The position numbers were made by a program, and so were the translations under genes. DNA of 64,000 nucleotides from Torpedo marmorata (Eukaryota): NCBI GenBank assembly GCA_977017645.1, contig OZ360223.1, forward strand, positions 72,230,001 through 72,294,000. The letters run 5' to 3'. The notes under the pieces are model-generated. The model saw nothing but the letters and a program-made list of their open reading frames with translations. It searched no databases and was not told where the DNA came from. Positions 27,500 to 39,316 of the stretch are shown here, piece after piece. Positions within the stretch are counted from its first letter, which is position 1. Each line of letters opens with the position of its first letter.

Positions 27500-28520
27500 T
27501 TTTAGGCCCATGATATTGTGCTGACCAGCATAAACTTACTCCACATCAATCTAACCCGTCTCTCCCTCACACCCCACAACCCTCCATTTTTTTTACACCC
27601 ATGTGCCTATCTAAGTAACCTTTAAATGTCTCTATTGTTCCAGCCTCTAACGTTGCCCCCAGCAATGCATTCCAGGAACCCACCACTCCCTGTGTGTAAA
27701 AGAAAAAAAGAGAAAACCTACGTCTGACAACTCCCCTAAACTTTCCTCCACTTACCTTAAGCCGGCGTCCTCTGATGGCCTTTGCCGCCCTAGGAAAAGG
27801 TGCTGGCTGTCAACCATATCCATGCCTCTCATAAATGTATACTTCTCTAAGTCTCCTCTCATCCTCCATTGTTCCAAAAGAAAAGCCCCATCTCACTCAA
27901 CCTTTCTTCATAAGACATGTTCTCCAATCCAGGCAGCATCCTGGTAAATCACCCCGTACCCTCTCCAAAACCTCTACATCCTTCCAATGATGAGGTGAAG
28001 AGAACTGAATGCAAAACTTGAAGTGTGCTCTTATCAGAGTTTTATAGAGCTACAGTATTACCTTGTGGCTCTTGAACTGAATCCCCTGAATACTAGCACA
28101 CCATACTCCGCCTTTATTTACCACCTTATCAACTTGCACAGCAACCTTGGGGAAATATGAACTTGGACCACAAGCTCTCTGTTCCTCCACACTGCAAATA
28201 ATTCTGCCATCAACCTTGTACTTCCAAAGTGTATCACTTCTTTTCCAGATTGAACTCATCTGCCATTTCTCTGCCCAACTCTGCATTCTATCTATCCTAT
28301 TGTAACCTATGACAACCTTCTACACTATCGTCCAATCTTCGTGTCATCTGCAAATATACTGACCCACCCCTCTACTTCCACATCCGAGTCATTTATAAAA
28401 ATCACAAAGAGTAGGGGTCCCAGAACGGATCCCTGTGGAACATCACTAGCCACTGACATCCAGGCAGAATATGCTCTATCTACTACCACCCTTTGCTTTC
28501 TGTGAGCAAGCCAATTCTGG
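27500..28520 (-). mobile_element. CR1-type LINE 3' fragment
   Basis: PQGSVLGP and FADDTK remnants, MQSWAEKWQM; homologous to 42522-43590. Confidence 0.8.
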
Positions 28521-30070
28521 ATACTACTTTCAGGTGAGAGAATACAAGAGCAGGTAGTTTATGCTATAACTGTGCATCTTTGCCATTTTACAGAATTAGC
28601 AGAGATTTCTCTCCAAGCCAGAAGGTTTCAAATAGCTGCAAATACCATGTTTTTTGTGGCCTTGACACTTTAGTAAATATTTCTTTGAGGTATGTGCACA
28701 TAAAATGAAAGCAATGACATGACTGTGCAATAATTAAGTGCACCCCTTCAAGCTTCATCTGTCTACTTGTAGCAACTGGAGAAGTTTACCATTGACCCTG
28801 AAGGAACTGCTTGAGGAGAATTTCTGCTTTTTGTGTAGGGCGGACGCAGCTTTGTTTTGATGTTTCAACCAAAATTGGGATGTATCAAAACTGAGTATTT
28901 CCGAAGAATGTCAGCCTAGATTTTTGTATTTGAAAGTAGCACTGAAAACTACCCCCCGAAAAAGATGAACACTGGTCTGTAATTAAAACATGGATTTTAA
29001 TAAAAATATCGATAGATTGATTTGAAGCCTATCCCGAACTATAGTCCTCCAGAAAATGGCATTAAATTTATGTGCCACGGTCTTGACATATAAATGCATA
29101 ATCTTAAATCTCTGCAGTGTGTACTGCTGCAGGCACACTGATAATGTAAAGTGGCTTTTTTAAAAATTTATTTTTCATTTTCAGAAATTTTCACAAAACA
29201 TTAATAAACAATCACAAAATATACACAAATTTCAAACGTGTCAAGTACAGAATATATTACACCCCTTAACCCTCCCTTCCCCACCCAAAAAAATAAAAAA
29301 ATAAAACCAAGACAAAAGAAAAAGAAAAGAAAACTAAACGTACCGCCAGTGCTTACAACTTTTGTTCAAGTATTTGGGGATGTCACACCCTTAAAATAAT
29401 TATACATTGCATTATACCATACCTCAGGGGTTTGATTACAACTGAACACCAATGTGCTGCAAGTACAGTTGCCACACTTTAACAAAGTTATCATATTTAT
29501 TTCTAAGACTATATGTAATTTTTTTCCATGGGGATACAGCTGTACGTTTCCGTAGACCATCGAGTGATGAGAAGGGGGGAGTCGGACTTCCAAGTGACTG
29601 CGATGCATTTTTTAGCTACGGGCAGAGCAACTTTTACAAATTGAATTTGGAATTTAGATAATCTGTTGCTTATGTCCATGAGGTTTCCTAAAAGATACAA
29701 CTCCGGGTAGTGGAAAGGCTACTTCCGTAATCCTAGTTAGTGCATTAGCTAAATCATGCCAAAAGGGCCTTACCTTTGCACATGACCAAGAGGAGTGTAA
29801 AAAGGATCCAATTTCTATACCACACCTGAAACACATTTCTGATATTTCTGATTTTGACGTGTAGTATTTGTGATGTGAGATACAATTGGTGTAGGAAATT
29901 ATATTGAACCAGCCTATATCTGGCATTATGACTGCTGTCATGCTGTCTAAACACCAGTCTGACCAGAAGTAAAACACGAAAATCTGTAGACACCGTGGTT
30001 GAAGTAAAAAACGCAAATGCTGGAGAAACTCAGCAGGTCAAACAGTGTATTTTATGTAGCAAAGGTAGAA

Positions 30071-30114
30071 ATACATAACCGACGTTTCGGGCTTGAGCCC
30101 TTCATCAAAGTATG
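30071..30114 (-). ncRNA. Candidate minimal type I hammerhead ribozyme (non-canonical core) in a Penelope pLTR
   Basis: - strand reads CATACT-TTGATGA-AGGGCTCAAGCCC-GAAAC-GTCG-GTT-ATGTAT; core is UUGAUGA rather than CUGAUGA. Confidence 0.5.
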
Positions 30115-31400
30115 AGAAAATGCCGGCAGGCGTCCGAACAAAAGAGTGAGGGGGGGAAGGGGGGGGTGGCAAAGGCAGGAGATGATAGGTGGAGAGAGGA
30201 GGGAGGGGACAGCAGTAAAGAGGGGGAGGAGGGATGGCTGGGTGGGTGGAAAAAAAAAGGAAGGACAGGTGAGGGGGGAGGGGAAGGAAAAGACAAGCAG
30301 GTTTAGTGGAAAGCAGAAAAGTCAATGTTAATGCCATCTGGCTGGAGAGTGCCCAGACAGAAAATGAGATGTTGTTCCTCCAATTTGCGGGTAGTCTGGG
30401 TGGGATAGTACATAAGGCCATGGACAGACATGTGAGTGAGGGAGTGTGACTCGGAATTTCTGGGTGGAATAGTACATAAAGATGAGGTCTTCCAGTCTAG
30501 ATCTTCTGAAATGTCTGCCTTCTTCCACAAACGTGGCTTCCCCTCCACCACCATCAACTCAGCCCTCACCCGCATCTCCTCCATTTCCTGCTCATCTGCC
30601 CTGGCCCCCTCTGCCCTCAGACGCAACAAACATACCTACCACCCCACCAGCCTCCGCATCCAACACATTATCCGCCAGAACTTCCGGCACTTACTACAGG
30701 ATCCCACCACCAGACACATTTTTTCCTTCTCCCCTCTCGGCCTTCCGCAGGGACCGCTCCCTCCGCGATTCCCTCGTGCACTCATCCCTCCCCACCCATT
30801 GCACCCCCAGAACCTTCCCTTGTGCCCGCAGGAGATGCAACACCTGCGCCCACACCTCCCCCCTCACCACGGTCCGGGGCCCCAAACAAGCCTTTCAAGT
30901 GAAACTACACTTCACTTGTACATCCAGAGAACTTATTTACTGCATCCGGTGCTCCCTTTGTGGCTTTCTCTACATCGGAGAGACCAGTCATAGATTTGGA
31001 GATCGCTTTGCTGAGCACCTCCTCTCCGTCCGCAACAACAGCGACCTCCCAGTAGCCAGCCATTTCAATTCCGAGTCACACTCCCATACTCACATGTCTG
31101 TCCATGGCCTTATGTACTATCCCACCCAGACTACCCGCAAATTGGAGGAACAACATCTCATTTTCCGTCTGGGCACTCTCCAGCCAGATGGCATTAACAT
31201 TGACTTTTCTGCTTTCCACTAAACCTGCTTGTCTTTTCCTTCCCCTCCCCCTTCACCTGTCCTTCCTGTTTTTTTCCACCCACCCAGCCATCCCTCCTCC
31301 CCCTCTTTGCTGCTGTCCCCTCCCTCCTTTCTCCACCTATCATCTCCTGCCTTTGCCTTCCCACCTCACTCTTTTGTTTGGACACCTGCCGGCATTTTCT

Positions 31401-31444
31401 CATACTTTGATGAAGGACTCAAGCCCGAAACGTTGGTTATGTAT
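31401..31444 (+). ncRNA. Candidate hammerhead ribozyme motif (stem II mismatch)
   Basis: CATACT-TTGATGA-AGGACTCAAGCCC-GAAAC-GTTG-GTT-ATGTAT. Confidence 0.42.
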
Positions 31445-32949
31445 TTCTACCTTTGCTACATAAAAGACACTGTTTGACCTGCTGGGTTTCTCCAGCATTT
31501 GTGTCTTTTACCAGTCTGACCAGCATCGTTCGTGAATTGTTATGCTCAAGTCCGACTCCCACCTCTCTCTCGATCTTTGTAGGCCTGGTTTAGGGCTTTC
31601 GCTTTGGAGTACGAAATACATTCTAGATATGAATTTAGGTGCATTTCCCAATCGAAGCAACTTTTCCATTTCATTACACCTAGGGTGGGGTCATTGTAGG
31701 ACCCCATCTGTCCCTCAAGAAGGACCTTAGTTGAAGAAAACAGTATAAGGTTCCATTAGACAAATCATATTTATTCTTCAATTGCTCAAAAAGACATAAG
31801 TTGTCCTTTCTCTTAACAATCTTCAATATACCGGATTCCCTTCTGATGCCAAATGTTTAAGATTTTGTTACCCAAAGCCATGGGTATAGTTTCATTTTGG
31901 ATCAAAGGTGCCTTTGGTGATATTTCCACCTTTCCTCCAGTACATTCATTGATTTCCTGCCAAATCTTAATCATGTGTTTTAGAATGGGGTTGTCCGTTC
32001 TTCCAGATATTCATTTGGTGTTCCATTTGTAAATAAAATCCTTCGCTATTTTCTCTCCTATGGTGTGTAGTCCAATTTGGACCCACGAGGGGGGATTGTC
32101 CTCCTCGAAATAGATGAATGAAACCTCGATTGGGCTGCTAAATAATATTTCTTAAAATCTGGTAACCGCAAACCCCCAAATTGTAATCCCATGTCAACTT
32201 CTTCATGGAAACTCTGGAGACCTTACCACTCCAGATAAATTGCCTTACGTATCCATTAAGTGTTTTAAAAAAGACCCGCGGCAATGGGATTGGTAAGGAC
32301 TGAAAGAGGTATTGCAGTCTCGGCATCACCTTCATTTTAATGCACTTCACCCTGCCCACTAGAGTAATGGGCAGGTTCCTCCACCTAAGTAAATCGTCTT
32401 CAATCTTTCCAAGCATAGGGAGGTAGTTAAGTCTATACAAATTCTGCAAATTATTATCAATCATTATTCCTAAATATTTAATACCGTTTGGTTGCCATTT
32501 AAAACGACTCCTTTGTTGATATTCCCCGTAATCAAATTTTGTCAACGGCATGATCTCACTTTTTTCTAAATTGATTTTGTAACCCGAAATCATGCCGTAA
32601 TCTTCCAGAGTGGTCTGCAACCTGGCCAAGGACTCGGCAGGGTCTGTCAAATACAACAGCTCATCATCTGCAAATAAATTAATTTTTATGATCCACCTGG
32701 TCCACCCTGAATCCTTTTATGTCGGGTCCCACCTAATAGATTCCGCCAGTGGCTCAATTGCCAAAATAAAAAGTCCTGGAGACAGTGGACAACCCTGTCT
32801 GCTAGACCTACTTAAGGGGAATGTCGACGATATCTGGCCATTCGTAATAATCTTATAATGTAAAGTGGCTTAATTAAAGTTATTGAGAAATAGTTTATTG
32901 CAATGATTGTCCCAATCTCTTTGTCATAATGGGCATATTGCTGCACATA

Positions 32950-33562
32950 CAGGTATACCCCGCTTTACGAAACTAGAGCCTTCCTACGGAACCTTTCCTA
33001 AGCCGAAATGGCGTAAAGCGAAGAAGCGATTACCATTGATTTCTATGGGAAAAATTTTTGAGCGTTCCCAGACCCAAAAAAATAACCCACTAAATCATGC
33101 CAAATAACACATAAAACCTAAAATAACACATAAAAACTAAAATAACACAAACATATAGTAAAAGCAGGAATGATATGATAAATACACAGCCTATATAAAG
33201 TAGAAATAATGTATGTACCGTGTAGTTTCACTTACCAGAATCGGGAAGACAGTGAGTTTTGACAGCCTTTCCGGCCGCCCTGTGACCGCCCCGCCGGCCG
33301 CGTGCTGACAGCCCCGCCAACCGCCCTGTGACAACTCCACCGGCCGCGTGCAGACAGCCCCGCCGGCCGCCCTGTGACAGCCCCGTCGGCCGCCATGTGA
33401 CAGCTCCGACGGCTGCGCACTGACAGCCCCGCCGTCTGCTCTGTAACAGCTCCACCGGCTGCTTTTTACTAAAAGCCAAAAACGTTTTGTAAAAGCGAAC
33501 ATGGCTTTCTTCGTAAAAGCGAATTTTCGGAATTCGAGTATTCGTAAAGCGGGGTATACCTG
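32950..33562. mobile_element. Tigger/pogo-like MITE with a GC-rich internal tandem array
   Basis: TIRs CAGGTATACCCCGCTTTACGAA and its perfect reverse complement; TA TSD; ~23-bp CCGGCCGCCCTGTGACAGCCCC repeats at about 33270-33460. Confidence 0.9.
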
Positions 33563-33824
33563 TACTATATTTCTTTCTCACTGGGTCTGCTTGTCATGAT
33601 TGTATCAGTTTTCTAGTTTGGCAGAATGGAAGGTGAGAGAGAAGACAAACTTGGGAATAAGAAGCTTCAGAAATTGGATTCTGGTGTAATAAGGAAATCT
33701 AACAGATAATTCCACAAACTTAAAGTTTGCCTCTTTTGCTGGTCTTCAGATCTCCAAATTTGCACTTCCTGGTATCACAAAAAGCATGTTTGTTAATGGA
33801 TAATGTGTTTTTTCATGCCTACAG

Positions 33825-33918
33825 TATTCCTTTCACAATCCAGCGTCTATGTGAGCTGCTTACTGATCCTAAGAAGAATTACACTGGGACAGACAAATTT
33901 CTCAGAGGAATTGAAAAG
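33825..33918 (+). CDS. PPP4R2: PPP4R2 (protein phosphatase 4 regulatory subunit 2) internal coding exon
   Basis: cag|T ATT CCT...GAA AAG|gtaacc; encodes [31 protein letters not shown], the conserved PPP4R2/Psy4 motif; AG/GT flanks. Confidence 0.96.
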
Positions 33919-35201
33919 GTAACCAAGAAACTGGTTATAACTTTGATACTATTTAATCCACAAACATCCATCTTTAATTATACCATGATATCATTGGTTA
34001 TTAAAAGATTGAGAATTAGTACAATATTTTCCACACTTCTGGGTATCCTGTGTTGAGTGACTTGGCTGGTAATCTCCACCCCACCTCCCCAAAAACCTTT
34101 CTGCCATCTACAGGAAGCAAGTCAGAAGTGTGATGGTGCACTCTCTCCTTGACACCATCCAGAGCAAAGCACTTCATTTAATTTGTACCCTCATCCACCA
34201 GTGCACAGTGGCTGCAGTGAGTACCATCAACAAAATCTCTGATAGTTTCCTTCTTTGGCCACTCTGCCATCTCACAAACCCCAACACCACCTGTTGGTTC
34301 TACTGCAAGTTGTACCTCATCCTGAATTGGAACGATGTGGCCATTCCTCCATTGTTGCTGGGTCTAAATCATGGAATTCCCCTTTCTAGTAGAATTGTTG
34401 GAGTATCTTCATCAGGATGGCTGTTGAGGTTCAAGAAGGTGACTCACTTTCTCAAAGGCAATTAGTATTGCAATTAAAATATTGGCCTTACCATTGACAT
34501 GAAGATGGTGAAAAATAAAATAAGATTTAATTCCCCACAAGGTTCTTCACCCAATTTTTGTCTACAATTCAAAAACTAAAGTTAATTTTGTACATGTGTT
34601 GATTTATCAGGGATTTACACCTTCATCTTAATCTTAATCATAATATAAGCAAAAAAAAAGTTTATTTGCAACACATTTTTCACTTTTGTTTGTAAAAAGT
34701 TCGAATGCTGATGCATGGATTCCATTTCTGCTGAGTTTAAATGAGGGATTTAACATTTAATACACACAATACATTGATTTAAAGTGAATAAGTGTTTCTC
34801 AATAAAAATATATAATTATGCAGAGTTCTCGACAGTCTCCCGTAACTCAAAATCACTTTACAGCCAAGAGAGTTTTGGAGCATGATCATTATTGTTGTTT
34901 TTTGTCGTGCTGAATAACGAGGCGAGTCGGTAGGTGATGTTAACCAAACAGTTTACTGAACATAGCCAAAGAGAGAGAGAGCCCTGCTCTGGAAGTACTT
35001 GATTCCACTAACGCGTCCTCACCGAGTTCGCGCATGCACAATGCGCTGTTGTGAGAATGGTGGCTGCAACGTGATTGTAGCGGGTGCAGAACAGCTGATG
35101 AGAGTGGCTGTCTACATCCCCTTTCTTGAGCGGCCCCTTACATATTACAGTTCAAACCAATTTTAAATATTTGCAGACATTGATCAAACAGCCAACCCAG
35201 T

Positions 35202-35615
35202 TCAGTCCTGATATTTCGGGTTGGGTTTACAGATGCTCCCAAAGCGTGTTCTGTAGTAGCCCTCTGTGGACGTGGAGGCTTGGGGTGCCTCGTCCTGAGA
35301 GTGTGTATTGTCCATTGTCTCCTTGTTGGTTTCTGGGGGAGTCCCGCCAATCTCAGGCTCGCGTTCCAAATCCTGGTATACAGTCTCTCTGGGGTTGGCC
35401 TGAGATGGGGGTGGCTCCCTTACTGGGAGGATGTGCCATCTATTCCTTCTGTACACCCTCCCTTCTGAATGAACTAGGTATGATCTGGGTTCCTGGCAGC
35501 TCCTTTCGACTATCCCCGTGCGGTCGTAGCCCTGTGGAGTCTGCATTCTTATGACCTGCCCTTCTGCCAATGGCTTGAGCGGTCGACTTGTTCTATCATA
35601 CCATTTCTTTTGCAT
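35202..35615 (-). pseudogene. Integrase C-terminal remnant
   Basis: QKKWYDRTSRPLKPL...PRSYLV..EGRVYRRNR, typical of Mag-like integrase tails; no DDE core present. Confidence 0.75.
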
Positions 35616-36510
35616 AAGCCTCCTGTTCCGGCTCTAGCTGATTGATCATCCTTCTGGGTCTGGTCCGAGTGTTGGTTTGCTGCCTGGTTTTGCAGCATCT
35701 GCTGTAGTGGTTCCACTTCCCGCAGGTCCTGCACTGCTGGCCGAACGCCGGGCACATTTCTTTTCTCGCCACGTGGTCGCCTCCGCAGTTGCCGCATCCT
35801 GCCCTGGACGGGGGTGTGGGGTGGCCTGGCTGGCTCTTCCTTCTGGCTTCCAGCCACTGTCTGTTTGCCGGTCCCGCTTGGATCGTGTCGATGCTCGTGG
35901 CCTGCTGATGTGGAGAGGGAAACTTTCTGCTGTTTTCCTCGGTGGTTTCGTACGCCAGACAGGTATAGATGGCCTTTGCTAGCATTAATTCGTTGTCGCG
36001 CAGGAGCGCCTTCCGCATACCGTCGTCACAAATGCCACAGACCATTCTGTCTTTAATTAATTCTTCACAGAGCGTGCCGAAATTACAGGTCTTTGCTCTT
36101 ATTTTCAAGTCGCTGATGTATGAATTAATTGACTTGCCAGGCTTTTGGTCTCTGCAGTTAAACTTGTGCCGTTCCATCGTTACGTTTCGCTGTGGATTGC
36201 ACATTTCTCTAAATTTGCGTTTTAAACATTCGGGGTCTTCTTTTGACTCAGCTGGGCTGGTAACGAGGTTCCGTTTGCCGCGCACTTCGTCTGCATATAC
36301 GACCGCCCTTTCCCTTTTAATGGCTTTTGGGCCCGCCAAATTCAACAAAATGTATGCTCTCGTGCGGGCAGACTTGTCGCTGTGTGCTGCCACAATAAAT
36401 ATGTCATATTCCTGCTCAAAAAGGCGCCAGTTCTCTGCCACATTTCCTTCAAACGCGATTGGGTCGGGCCGTCTAAATCCATTCGCCATTATGGCGACTG
36501 TTACAACCAT
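35596..36510 (-). CDS. Gag protein (304 aa) with tandem zinc knuckles
   Basis: Uninterrupted ORF; GNVAENWRLFEQ, ERHKFNCRDQKPG, LIKDRMVCGI and CGNCGGDH..CPAFGQQCRTCGKWNH..C motifs. Confidence 0.88.
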   Translation of the reverse strand: MVVTVAIMANGFRRPDPIAFEGNVAENWRLFEQEYDIFIVAAHSDKSARTRAYILLNLAGPKAIKRERAVVYADEVRGKRNLVTSPAESKEDPECLKRKFREMCNPQRNVTMERHKFNCRDQKPGKSINSYISDLKIRAKTCNFGTLCEELIKDRMVCGICDDGMRKALLRDNELMLAKAIYTCLAYETTEENSRKFPSPHQQATSIDTIQAGPANRQWLEARRKSQPGHPTPPSRAGCGNCGGDHVARKEMCPAFGQQCRTCGKWNHYSRCCKTRQQTNTRTRPRRMINQLEPEQEAYAKEMV

Positions 36511-36564
36511 GGTTCTGGTTACTCACTGCGACCGATTGGAAGTCTTCAAGCTTGGGACGCTGGC

Positions 36565-36583
36565 AATCCCACTTCTGACACCA
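36565..36583 (-). promoter_or_regulatory. Primer binding site complementary to the tRNA-Leu 3' end
   Basis: TGGTGTCAGAAGTGGGATT directly follows the 5' LTR; the + strand AATCCCACTTCTGACACCA matches the vertebrate tRNA-Leu(CAG/CAA) 3' end as I recall it. Confidence 0.85.
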
Positions 36584-36867
36584 TGTTGTTTTTTGTCGTG
36601 CTGAATAACGAGGCGAGTCGGTAGGTGATGTTAACCAAACAGTTTACTGAACATAGCCAAAGAGAGAGAGAGAGCCCAGCAGGCGGGTGTCTGCTCTCTG
36701 GAAGTACTTGATTCTACTAACGCGCCTTCACCGAGCTCGCGCATGCGCAATGCGCTGTTGCGAATACGGTGGCTGCAACACGATTGCAGCGGGTGCAGCG
36801 CAGCCGATGGGAGCGACTGTCTACAATTATTTTAATGAATGAATCGTGGCAGCTTGCTTGTGTGCAT

Positions 36868-37021
36868 TCAGAACCAGAATCAGAATTTATTGTCATGAAC
36901 AAGTCACGAAATTTGTTTTGCGGCAGCATCACAGTGCAAACATTCATATAAACCACCTTACAACAATAAATAAAAACAGTGCACGAAAAGTCAAAGTAAG
37001 GCAATGTCTTTGGTTCATTGA
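36868..37021 (-). mobile_element. Rex1/Babar 3'UTR-only insertion
   Basis: Matches 17596-17750 (CAGAATCAGAATTTATTGTCATGAACAAG...). Confidence 0.85.
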
Positions 37022-38423
37022 GACCCCCCCAGCAGAAATATGGCAATGAGGATGAAATTTGTTTCAAGTTTATGCAAAGAGAAACAACCTGTTGCCAATC
37101 AGGTTCAGAAACCTGCTTCCATTTTGAAAAAAAAATGGAAGTGAGATAAATGTTTGTCTTTAAATAAAAGTTGCTTAATGCTCAGGATAATGCTTTTGCA
37201 ATTCAAAGAATCTTGAAGACAGAAGTAGGTCATTCATTAAATCAAGCTGGCTTTGCTATGTTGTTGGACCATGAATGATCAGAAACTCAACTCTTTGCTT
37301 ATTCTTACCAAAAGGAGCAAGAGAGTTCCAGTACCTTTGTGTAGAGTCTTTACTAGCATTGCTCTTGACCTCCACAATTACATTCTGATTCAGGTTTCTC
37401 CCCACCAAATCACATTGTTTTTCTCTGTATGACTTCAAATTACATTGCAATTCACTCACCAGCCAACTTTTAAATTGGATAGACTTCAAGGCTGGTTAAT
37501 GCAAAGTTCAAATTAAACTCCAAGTCCTGATGAGGTTCAGAATTTTTTTTCACCAAGTACACCCTATTTTATACTTGCCAAAATGTCTGAAATTAGATTC
37601 TGTTCTTAATATAGCAGCTAATTCACAGTCTGTAATATTGAAACATTACTTCCATGTGCAGTAGCTTTTATTGTGTGCACAGGAATCCAAACCTATTTCC
37701 TCTTCACAATCCATCTTTCTCTGGTTCAATGTAAGTGACATCACATCTTTTTCGTATTGAATTCCAGATGCGGTGGTTGTACCGATTTACTTGGTTGACC
37801 AATGTTCCTCAACACTTAGTGTTATTGTGCAACTTTGTTTTCATTGTTTCATTTTCAGTTTTGGTCATGTAACCTACACTTTTCTGCAAGTTTCTCATCA
37901 TATTTGATGAGAAACTGAGGCTATAGTACAGATTGTTGGGAGCATGTTTACATTCCCTGTTCCGTTTCCAGTTCCACCCAAACTGATGATTGATCTTTTT
38001 CACAAGGTTACTTTCACTGTGTTGTCAGCAATATTTGACGTGAACAATTGGTTATCACATGCATTGTAGAACTCCACACAAACCCCCACTTTCCACCATG
38101 TGCTAATTTCTAAATTAATTTGGATTTGTGACAATTTGCCACTGCCCCTACTGGATTTATGGGGTACATCTTGATATTGGGGTGATTTATTTTGGAATGT
38201 GGAGGCATTTGTCATCATTCCCATTTGTCGTCCTACTGAGGTCATGGTCTCAAATAGAATATCTATTAATATCTGAAATCCATTAAGCTTAAAACTTCAA
38301 ACATTACTCTGTCGCTGAAATGTTTTCCAATTAATGAACTGCATGGAGTTATAATACAGCAAGATTATACATGCAAAAAATGTTGTCCTTAATCACACAT
38401 ACTTTTACTTTGTCAATTTACAG

Positions 38424-38461
38424 AACGTGATGGTTGTCAGCTGTGTGTATCCTTCAACAGA
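38424..38461 (+). CDS. PPP4R2: PPP4R2 coding exon (38 bp)
   Basis: tttacag|AACGTGATG...ACAGA|gtaagt; encodes NVMVVSCVYPST(E); phase compatible with the previous exon. Confidence 0.94.
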
Positions 38462-38555
38462 GTAAGTAAAATTAAAAATCATTTTACAGTGTAAATATTT
38501 TATTCCAAGAATTGTTTAATGCAGCAAAGATTTGAATTCTCCCTGATTTTCTTAG

Positions 38556-38636
38556 GAAGTACAACTTTGGCTCAAATAGTTTGAATCGAGTGAATGGCAT
38601 CATGCTGTCAGGAAGCCATACTGGTTATACGGACAG
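38556..38636 (+). CDS. PPP4R2: PPP4R2 coding exon (81 bp), after a 94-bp intron
   Basis: cttag|GAAGTAC...GACAG|gtgagc; encodes KYNFGSNSLNRVNGIMLSGSHTGYTD(R); phase consistent. Confidence 0.92.
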
Positions 38637-39316
38637 GTGAGCCACAGTCTGTTTTATTTTGTGAAACTGAATTGTTTGTTAAAGATTCTTTTATGAGGAA
38701 GAAAAGGAAATATGAATATCTTAAGTGCAGGGAGAGTGAGATATTTCACAGCAGTCGATGCAAAATGATGTGTTAAATTAGATTTCAGTGTGTAATTTGT
38801 GTTTTTGTATACTCAGATTGTTTGCATTTGAAAATATCTATGTAGTTTCATTGAATTCTGCAAGGTGTTGTGGCCTACCATGAAACAAATTTTCCCTTGT
38901 TCTTTGAGGCATGAAGATAAGATGACCAATGTCCTCAGCTACAAATTGAGTAGACCTTATTTTTTTAACAACTGGATTCGTTTTGCGTTCACTGTGGGGT
39001 TTCATTTGTTTGAATAATTGTCTAACAATTCCTTAGTTAAAAGAAATAAAAATAGGGAGCCCTCTGGTGGTAACGTAACTAAGATGTGAATTGACGGCAG
39101 TTTGGTACATTGAAGCTCCGCAATTAGTAGATCGTCATAATTAGATTCACTTTTTTTTTTAAAGTGAATGTGGTACAGAAAAGTATGCTTAATGAAATTA
39201 TCATAGTTGGATTAAATTTAACATGTATGTTTCACTTTTCCTGAATAAAAATCATTTTGACTAATTGAATCCTTGCAGTTGCTTGTGTTAACTTGAAGTT
39301 CTTATTTTGCTTTCAG

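Larger units (their letters stand above)
29967..31509 (+). mobile_element. Penelope-like element, 5'-truncated, with GIY-YIG endonuclease and an inverted 5' pLTR of about 490 bp
   Basis: LIYCIRCSLCGFLYIGETSHRFGDRFAEH...EQHLIFRLGTLQPDGIN; 29967-30458 is the reverse complement of the 3' end plus a tail; 14-bp TSD ACCAGTCTGACCAG at 29953-29966 and 31510-31523. Confidence 0.93.
29158..32854 (-). mobile_element. 5'-truncated L1/Tx1-type LINE (element D) carrying a Penelope insertion
   Basis: 17-bp TSD ATAATGTAAAGTGGCTT at 29141-29157 and 32855-32871; SGYKINLEKSEIMP, IKYLG, RYRLVQYNFLHQLY and CFRC motifs. Confidence 0.92.
34893..36825 (-). mobile_element. Internally deleted Ty3/Gypsy (Mag-like) LTR retrotransposon in a PPP4R2 intron
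   Basis: LTRs 34893-35116 and 36584-36825 (TG..CA); 5-bp TSD ATTAT; PBS 36565-36583; PPT AAGAAAGGGGA at 35117-35127 on the - strand. Confidence 0.95.

Noticed and set aside
1-33824. PPP4R2 5' coding exons
   Set aside because: No matching peptide seen in the unique stretches (21.4-22.3 kb, 25.3-29.1 kb); probably upstream of the window, though a manual scan could miss a short exon.
36565-36583. tRNA gene
   Set aside because: Only the 3'-terminal 19 nt including CCA are present, abutting an LTR; this is a PBS.
35677-36624. + strand ORFs of 80-211 aa
   Set aside because: Antisense shadows of the gag ORF.
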